This document shows, in pieces, positions 27,338 through 33,853 of a stretch of DNA of 33,853 bases; within the stretch, counting starts at the first letter, position 1, and every line of letters starts with the position of its first letter. A program made the position numbers and the translations under genes. The notes under the pieces are model-generated. The model made no database searches. It had not been told where the DNA came from and was given only the letters and a program-made list of their open reading frames with translations. This DNA is from Macrostomum lignano (Eukaryota): positions 1 to 33,853 of the forward strand of contig NIVC01004833.1 of assembly GCA_002269645.1 (NCBI GenBank), read 5' to 3'.

Positions 27338-28684
27338 TCAAACGCGAGTTCCGTTGTCGGAGTCGTCAGCGGCGTCACTGCCGGTTTTAGCGGCCGCCTG
27401 GGCGGCAGCTCCGTTGTCGCTGAGCGGCTTCAGCTCCACTGCCTCAGGCTCGGCCTGCGGCTTCGGCTTCGCCCCGTCGGCGGCCATCAGGGAGACGCCG
27501 GCCGAGCGTTCGGTATCGGTGGCGGCGGCGGCGGCGGCAGCAGCGATGGTGACCCCGGGCCCGGTGCCGGCGTTGCTGCCCCTTCGATCGCCCTTCTGGC
27601 AGAGCTCCTTGCGGAACTGCTGGTCCTTGAAGAAGTAGATGAAGACGTTGACGCTGGAGTCGGCCAGGGACAGGATGTACGTGAGCTGCGCCGCGCGCAT
27701 CTTCAGGCTCTGGTCGGGGATGCGGACGAACTTCTCCAGCAGGTAGAGGGCGGCCCGCGGCAGCTCCAGCAGGGCGAAGGCGAGAGCGAAGATGAACACC
27801 ATGCGGGTGACGCGCTTGTTGCGCTCGGAGCTGCTGGCCATGGCGTTGCCGCGGTGCAGGGAGACGATGAGCACGATGGAGCTGAACAGGATCACCAGCA
27901 GCGGGATGATCTGGCTGAGCAGCGTCCAGAGCATGTTCACGGTGTTCCAGAACGGCGGCGTGCCGAGCGGCACATGCAGCAGCAGGAGGCCGCCGCCGGT
28001 CCAGCCGGCCGAGTCGCACACGTGAAACTCCGGCCGCATGAAGTTCTGTGCGTCCTTGATGAAGGCGCGGACTCCGCCGAGGACGAGCACCACGGCCACC
28101 TTGGCGACGAACATGCCGGAGACGCGGCCGAGGCTGAAGAGGCGGCTGGCGTTGACGCTGGTCCGCCGTGTGGCCACGTAGGAGCGCAGCAGGGCGGTGA
28201 GGCCGACCCAGCAGTTGCGGGAGAACTGCGACAGCACTGCCAGGTAGTTGGAGAAGCTCAGGAACAGGTAGAAGGCTGTGGCCTGAGCCCGGCCGTCGGT
28301 GGGCAGGTAGGTGGAGTAGTAGAAGTCCAGTGTGGTCGAGTTTTCGCTCAGCAGCGGGTCGAAGCCGACCCAGCGGATTCGCATGCGGTGGCTGAGCATC
28401 GCGATGCTGTACGACAGGGTGCTGCCCAGGCAGAAGGCGATCTCGCAGATCGTGAGAAAGATGAAGAACAGCAGGAAGTTGTTGCGGCCCCTGGAGTGGC
28501 TGAACACCCGCAGAAACACCACTAGGGATAGGATATTGAGCACCAGGCCGGCCAGGGCGGTGCCGATGGTGAGCAGGATCAGCTTGTCCATGGACTCCTG
28601 AGAAGCCCAGTAGGCCGTCTCATTGAGCGGCTCCCCTCTGGAGCGGTTGCCGCCAAGAACGGTGAAGCACTCGCCGGTCAGCAT
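27338..28684 (-). CDS. Intronless rhodopsin-family (class A) GPCR, FMRFamide/peptide-receptor-like orphan, 448 aa
   Basis: Seven hydrophobic segments: TM1 GLVLNILSL, TM2 FLTICE, TM3 CWVGLTALLRS, TM6 LLELPRA, TM7 DSSVNVFIY, then helix 8 FRKEL. N-glycosylation sequons NRS and NET in the N-terminus. The true ATG is probably GCAGCCATG at 28684; the track start at 28819 is GTG. Confidence 0.9.
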   Translation of the reverse strand: MLTGECFTVLGGNRSRGEPLNETAYWASQESMDKLILLTIGTALAGLVLNILSLVVFLRVFSHSRGRNNFLLFFIFLTICEIAFCLGSTLSYSIAMLSHRMRIRWVGFDPLLSENSTTLDFYYSTYLPTDGRAQATAFYLFLSFSNYLAVLSQFSRNCWVGLTALLRSYVATRRTSVNASRLFSLGRVSGMFVAKVAVVLVLGGVRAFIKDAQNFMRPEFHVCDSAGWTGGGLLLLHVPLGTPPFWNTVNMLWTLLSQIIPLLVILFSSIVLIVSLHRGNAMASSSERNKRVTRMVFIFALAFALLELPRAALYLLEKFVRIPDQSLKMRAAQLTYILSLADSSVNVFIYFFKDQQFRKELCQKGDRRGSNAGTGPGVTIAAAAAAAATDTERSAGVSLMAADGAKPKPQAEPEAVELKPLSDNGAAAQAAAKTGSDAADDSDNGTRV

Positions 28685-30259
28685 GGCTGCAGTGCGAGCT
28701 CGGGTGGTGCGGCCGGGCCACTGCCACTGGCGAAGTCCTTTTTCACTGGCACGAGCGCGCAGCTCTACTGGCCTGCGCGGCCCGGCCAATAAGACCGGGG
28801 CTGCCCCCCCCCCACCCACGGGGCGGCTCTCTGACGCCGCGGTAGGCCCCGGGGAAGAGCTGAGCTGCCGGGAGCGCGATTGAAAGGAGCTCAGAGTGTG
28901 TGCTGTGGCAACAACTCAATTAATATGTCATTCCAAGCTTTCAGCTCGCGCACTGTTCCCACTTCATCAGTCCATATTGCGGCCCGGCGTCCCAGCCTCG
29001 CATTTAGTCGGTGGCTGATGAGGCGACTGAGCTGGTCAGATCCTGTTTGCCCTGAGCTGTGCGCGATTTCTCTAGACTGCCAGCAGCCCCCCCCCCCCGG
29101 CGCGCGACAGACCGGCCGGGCAGGTGCCGGCCGAGCATAAATCACCCCTGCTCAGAGCTCACCACATCGTGTTTCCCGGCACAGCAGGCTGAGTGGGCGA
29201 GTGAGAGTGCTGCAAATTGGCTTCTCAGCTGCCGGCCTCACGCGCCCGCACTTTCAATCCGTTTCCACCTGCCCCTCCGCCGCGGGCCGGGACTCGCGCC
29301 AAGCACAGTTTCTGTCGCCGCCTTCGTGACAGGCGGGAAGTTGAATCGAATTCAGTGAGCCGAAGCAGGGGGGGGGTGGAAGCCAGAGGCAACTGCTTCA
29401 TCACGGGCTTCCCAGCCTGCTAGCCGCTACTTGGCAAGATCGATTGCGGCTGCGAGGGCTGGGGGAGGGGATAATTTTCCAAGAAGCGCCGCTCTGAGTT
29501 TTACAAGTGAAGCCCGAGCAGTTCTTGAGCGTCACGGCAGCCGGTGTTGGAGCCCGCGCTAATTTTAGTTGAAGAGCCGGACCTCTCGCGGTTGATCCGG
29601 GATGGCGACAGCTCCGTTCCGAGTGCTCGGCTGAGCAGGTCTCAAAATCTGCTTTCAAGTCCTCCCAGCATGAAACAGTGCGGAGATCAGCCCGGGCGGG
29701 GAGCAGAGTGGGGTAGCAACTACAAAGAGAATGCCCCTCATCCCCAAGCGGATGTTCGTGTCTTGGGGCCGCAGGTACTGCGTCCTGAGGTACCCTCTAG
29801 CGGGATCGGTGGCGGCCAGCTGCCCTGCCCGGCCTCGCAATAAATTTTACTCGCTTTAAAATTTCTGTCCAGGGGGAGGGGGATCTGCGGATTCGCGGCC
29901 AGATTGGAAGCGCCGCCTGATTTCTGCTTTGCCGGCTTTCGGGGGATTATCGACCGAGAATCAAGACATTTGTCCCGCGCGCTGTTTATCTCGCTCTCAA
30001 TTTCCGCAGTTAGCGCGGCGGAGGCGACAGAGAGTGTCGGCAGGAGCAGAGAAAAATTGTCGAATTCCCCAATCGGGATTTGAAAATTCCCCCCAAAACT
30101 AGCCCAGAGTTTTGTGCAGGAAAGCGCAGACGCATTTGACCTCAAAGCTTTCCATCTAACATGGCGAAACTAAACGTAGACAAAACTTCAGAAGATACGA
30201 GCGGCAACTGCTTCAGTATCTTCTGCAATCTCGGCTGCAGGGCTCTTTTCAGTGCCTTA

Positions 30260-30612
30260 GCTGGTACCTCCTACCAGTTCATCCCACAAAGCCTCCAACA
30301 GTGTCTCCTGAGGTACCTCTTACCAGTTCATCCCACAGAGCCTCCAACAGCGTCTCCTGAGGTACCTCCTATCAGTTCATCCCACAGAGCCTCCAACAGT
30401 GTCTCCTGAGGTACCTCCTACCAGTTCATCCCACAGAGCCTCCATCAGTGTCTCTTGAGGTATCTCCTACCAGTTCATCCCACAGAGTCTTCAGCAGTGT
30501 CTCCTGAGGTACCTCCTACCAGTTCATCCCACAGAGCCTCCATCAGTGTCTCCTGAGGTACCTCCTACCAGTTCATCCCACAGAGCCTCCAACATGCCTC
30601 CTGAGGAACCTC
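30260..30612 (+). repeat. 49-bp minisatellite, about 7 copies, most containing the 10-bp palindrome GAGGTACCTC
   Basis: GGTACCTC recurs at 30263, 30312 and 30361. Confidence 0.92.
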
Positions 30613-31519
30613 CTTAAGCCTGGGCCACAGCCTCGCTGCATTCCTACCCCACAGGATTTGCCGGTGCCCTGTTAGATCAGCTGCGCAAAGCTCGTGAAAC
30701 GCATCCAGTCAAAAGACTTCCCGCATCGAACCTCATTATTCCGGCTCCCCGAGTGTCAAAACTGTTTAAGCTGAACAAAGGCAAATTTTGTCTGTCAGCT
30801 GGCAGCAGCGTCAACACCCTTGGCGCCGTCCTGTAAGACTCGCTGCGCGCTGTGCCCAGCTGAGGCCGAGCCTTGCGAAAAGGCGCCGCATTTTTCTTTG
30901 AAAAAAAGTGCAAGATAAACTTTGTCGAGCGATGCCGCTGACTTAACTCCGGAAATGTGTTTATGAGTTCGTGAGTTCATGAGTTCATGAGTGAGTTATG
31001 AGTGAGTTCATGGAAAGCTTCCAAGGCTCTTCCCTTAGGAAAAAAAGTGGAGCTTTCGACTTAGATTATCGACTGTTCTTCCTGGCAATGCCTTTGTGAG
31101 AATGTTTGTCAACCGGGTGGAAGCCGGTGAAGTTTCTGCTATGTACTCAAGGGTAGAACAGCTCAGCGGTGAACGCGTCCGGCTGTCGCGTCACGTCACG
31201 ACCCCTGGTTCGATTAATTTTCGGCTTGTTGCGACTTTCTTAGTCTTTTTTTTCAGTTCACCTTCACTTGTCGGTTTAACTCTGTTTTCTCTCTCTGTCT
31301 TGTAATTCTTATCTCTCTTCCTCGCCGCCTTCTGATTGGCTCTCCATTTACGCCTCTCTCTTTAGTCGCGCTCTCCACCCCTCCTTTTATTATTCTGGAC
31401 TCCACCACCCCCTGTCTTATAAATATACTGGTTCGCCAAACTCACTTTTACTTGTCTCTTATTTCTCACTATTACTAAATATTTTCTTAATTATTTAGTA
31501 TTTTATTTACACGATTTGT

Positions 31520-31625
31520 GCATGAAAATTGGCTTGATCGGGGGTTGCTGTGTGATTCACATCCACGGCGTAGGAGTGTACATGCCAGGTGATGCTCAGG
31601 AGTGGGTGGAACTGCCTCACCGCTG
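31520..31625 (+). repeat. Possible third, more diverged copy of the dispersed repeat at 13452-13687 and 17614-17777
   Basis: Collinear short matches: GGGGTTG, GCTGT..GATTCAC, ACATGCC and TGCTCAGGAGT..GGG..GAA.TGCC.CA.CG..CTGG. Confidence 0.4.
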
Positions 31626-32217
31626 GATGTGGGATGACGTCCCCGAAGGCGTCGCGCTAGGGTGGCTGCAGGCCTCTTGAAGTTATAGAAATATCAAGCC
31701 GAATATCTTGAAACAAGGATTTTTTAATATTTCTGCATGTTATAAATAATATTTAAAAAGCACCCACCTCTAGAGTAGCGGGAGAAGCATCCTCACAGAC
31801 AAGACTCGTGTGTTACAGCCGGTTCGCAAGGAAGATCTCACTTTTTAGACTAATTCCTAGCTCGCGCCGTCACCGCCCCTCCCCAGCCAAGGGACCTGGG
31901 CTCGAGGCCCCAAATCAAGGGCCGAGAGATGTCTTTCAAACTGCTGCACGGACAAACAACTGAATTTGGCCTGGGGCGAGGACCCGAAATCCACTCGGAT
32001 CACCTGGAGACTCAATCCATTCTGTGTTAACCCTCGAGTCTGTCTGGGCAGGGAGCCAGAAGGTCTCGCCCAAAACAATACTGGGAACAAAATAATTTAG
32101 AAATGGCGTTGCGCTTCACAGCATTTTGAATTTCTTTCATGTCAAAAAGCATCGTGAATATCAAAACAGCATTTTGTGGGATCTGTGAGGTCAATGATTT
32201 CTCCGATGGCAGCGGAG

Positions 32218-33853
32218 CTACTGCCGAGTCATCTCGCAGACCACAAGGGTCTCCAACTGCTCGCAGGCCTCCATGTCGTCTGTGAACCTCGCGTAGTCCT
32301 TCCGTCGCTCCTCCGGCGGCACGTCCGAGCCCAGGTTCACGACGCTCCGCCGGTAGACCTGCTCGAGGGGGAAGCCGGACCACTTCACCCGCTCGGCCAG
32401 GGCTTCGATGATGCTGTCCGGGACAGTGTCCGAGATGCTGTCGTCTTGGAGGTTGTAGTTCGGGCTGATGGCCGGCGGCTGCCGGTTGTTCAACACGCTG
32501 TCCACCGCCTCCATCAGACGGTGGATGCAGCCCCCTGCCTGAGGTGTCAACGTGTCCTCGTAGCTGCTGCGGTCTTCTTCGAGGTGATAACCGGCACAGT
32601 GCTTCACCAGGTGCGCGTTGCTTTGAAGAAAGCGCAGGTCGTCTGCGCAGCCGTTGACTTTCATGTCCTGCAGGCGGTCGCGGGCCAGCTGGCTGTCCAA
32701 CAGCTGACTGCAGCTCGCCCGCTTCTTGCGCTCCCGCGCCAGCATGGACGTCAGGAGGGTGTCCAGCTCAATGGGGTACTCCTTCGGCAGCCGCGGCAGC
32801 GGGGAGTCGCCGCACACCTGCTCCTTCAGCTTGTTTGGATCGAACGGCAGTCGCATGGTGCTCATCTCAAAACAGGGTGCAGCCGAGGCTCCAGACGTCG
32901 CACTTGCTGTCGTATCCTACCAAAAGGTAAGTCAGTGAGTGCATTAAAGTCAGTAGTGCTGACTCTTCTAATAATGGCTACTCCAAATTATTATTGCTTT
33001 CCTGTTAACAGTCCGATACGATAAATATGAGGCTAGAGTTTGCAGTTTCGGGGTGCTGTGATGGCGTAAATTCTTAAGATTTGTCTCGATTGATGCTCAA
33101 GATCTGTCTCGATTGATGCTCAAGATCTGTCTCGATTGATGCTCAAGATCTGTCTCGATTGATGTCTTAGATTTGTCTTGATTTGATGCTCAAGATCTGT
33201 CTCGATTGATGTCTTAGATTTGTCTTGATTTGATGCTCAAGATCTGTCTCGATTGATGTCTTAGATTTGTCTTGATTTGATGCTCAAGATCTGTCTCGAT
33301 TGATGTCTTAGATTTGTCTTGATTTGATGCTCAAGATCTGTCTCGATTGATGTCTTAGATTTGTCTTGATTTGATGCTCAAGATCTTTCTCGAGTGATGC
33401 TTAAAATATTTTTGAGCGTGTATTTTTTGAACCGAATAGCTTTAAAAAGAACATCTGAGAAAATATTTCTAAATGATAGCTTTAAAGGTGGTTGCTGGGG
33501 AAGCTCTGATTCAGTATGCGAGGAGACCACATCCTCCTATCTCTACATTTTTACCTACCTTCGACGGGAACATCGACAGTAGCGGTCAGGGTGCCGTTGA
33601 GGTTGCTCATGATCTCCGGCACATGTACATCAAAGTGCCGGCCACTGTCGAGGCGTAGTCGCCCTCGCCGAGCAGCCGACGGCGAAGCCGAAGTCTCCAA
33701 TCTTAGCGGTGGCGTCCTGTTTCAAGAAGATATTCTTCGGCTTGATGTCGCGGTGGATGATTTTGTTGCCGTGCAGGTAATCCAGTCCAAGCAGCAACTG
33801 CAGGAACCAGCGAATAACGGTGTCCACGGGGAATTTCTTGTGCTTCCGGTCCA
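32218..33853 (-). CDS. NEK-like Ser/Thr protein kinase, 3' part (subdomains VIa-XI plus a tail of about 140 aa); exons 33559..>33853 and 32218..32916; three 1-nt frameshifts, so either assembly errors or a pseudogene
   Basis: IRWFLQLLLGLDYLH..IIHRDIKPKNIFL..KIGDFG. After restoring the frame it reads FARRLLGEGDYASTVAGTLMYM.PE, then GYDSKCDVWSLGCTLFEMSTMRLPF and EYPIELDTLLTSML..RASCSQLL. The GT-AG intron at 32917-33558 has matching phase 1 (G|GA). Specific NEK orthology is not resolvable. Confidence 0.85.
33075..33401 (+). repeat. Intronic 23-bp repeat turning into a 47-bp (23+24) dimeric unit, inside the kinase intron
   Basis: TGATGCTCAA has period 23 at the start; GATGTCTTAG has period 47 from 33161. 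Confidence 0.88.

Noticed and set aside
27287-28525. 412-aa plus-strand ORF and other antisense ORFs over the GPCR, Prx, PDP, G1-G4 and kinase
   Set aside because: Shadow frames of GC-rich coding sequence; the opposite strand carries the recognisable motifs.
30260-30612. let-7 seed matches (TACCTCA on the minus strand) in the 49-bp units, suggesting a miRNA sponge
   Set aside because: The match follows from the GAGGTACCTC palindrome. There is no evidence of transcription, and kinase poly(A)-like signals near 31385-31505 lie before the array.
32218-33853. The kinase as a RIPK partner of the RHIM-like cluster
   Set aside because: Sequence features (WFLQLLLGL, HRDIKPKNIF, DVWSLGC) are NEK-like rather than TKL/RIPK, no RHIM-like motif is visible in its tail, and it is 13 kb away.

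Overview
Eukaryotic genomic DNA with GC-rich exons, spliceosomal introns and about 17 non-coding minisatellite/microsatellite arrays. The style resembles a free-living flatworm such as Macrostomum lignano, but this is an inference only. Recognisable genes are a typical 2-Cys peroxiredoxin (+, 5' exon not in view), a four-exon pyruvate dehydrogenase phosphatase-like PP2C (+, 7769-11326, fully reconstructable), an intronless peptide-receptor-like class A GPCR (-, 27338-28684) and a NEK-like kinase (-, runs off the right edge, three single-base homopolymer frameshifts). Most long ORFs in the track are artefacts of tandem repeats. The most interesting region is 14131-19064: four compact, intronless, highly diverged related genes (G1 on -, G2-G4 on +) that I cannot assign to a known family. 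They share a small basic helical N-terminal domain (doubled in G1), a [DE]-[ST]-[GA]-Y-x-S degron-like motif, a Pro-rich disordered linker and a C-terminal motif V-x-Q-[NS]-G-x(1-2)-hydrophobic-N-[IV]-x-G-x-x-[NT]-x-[IL]-x-V (degenerate in G3). That motif resembles RHIM/beta-arch amyloid signalling motifs, so the cluster is a candidate undescribed amyloid-type signalling adaptor family. A second theme is that several intronic or UTR minisatellites are built from splice-signal-like units (branch point, acceptor or donor). All alignments were done by eye; no database searches were possible.
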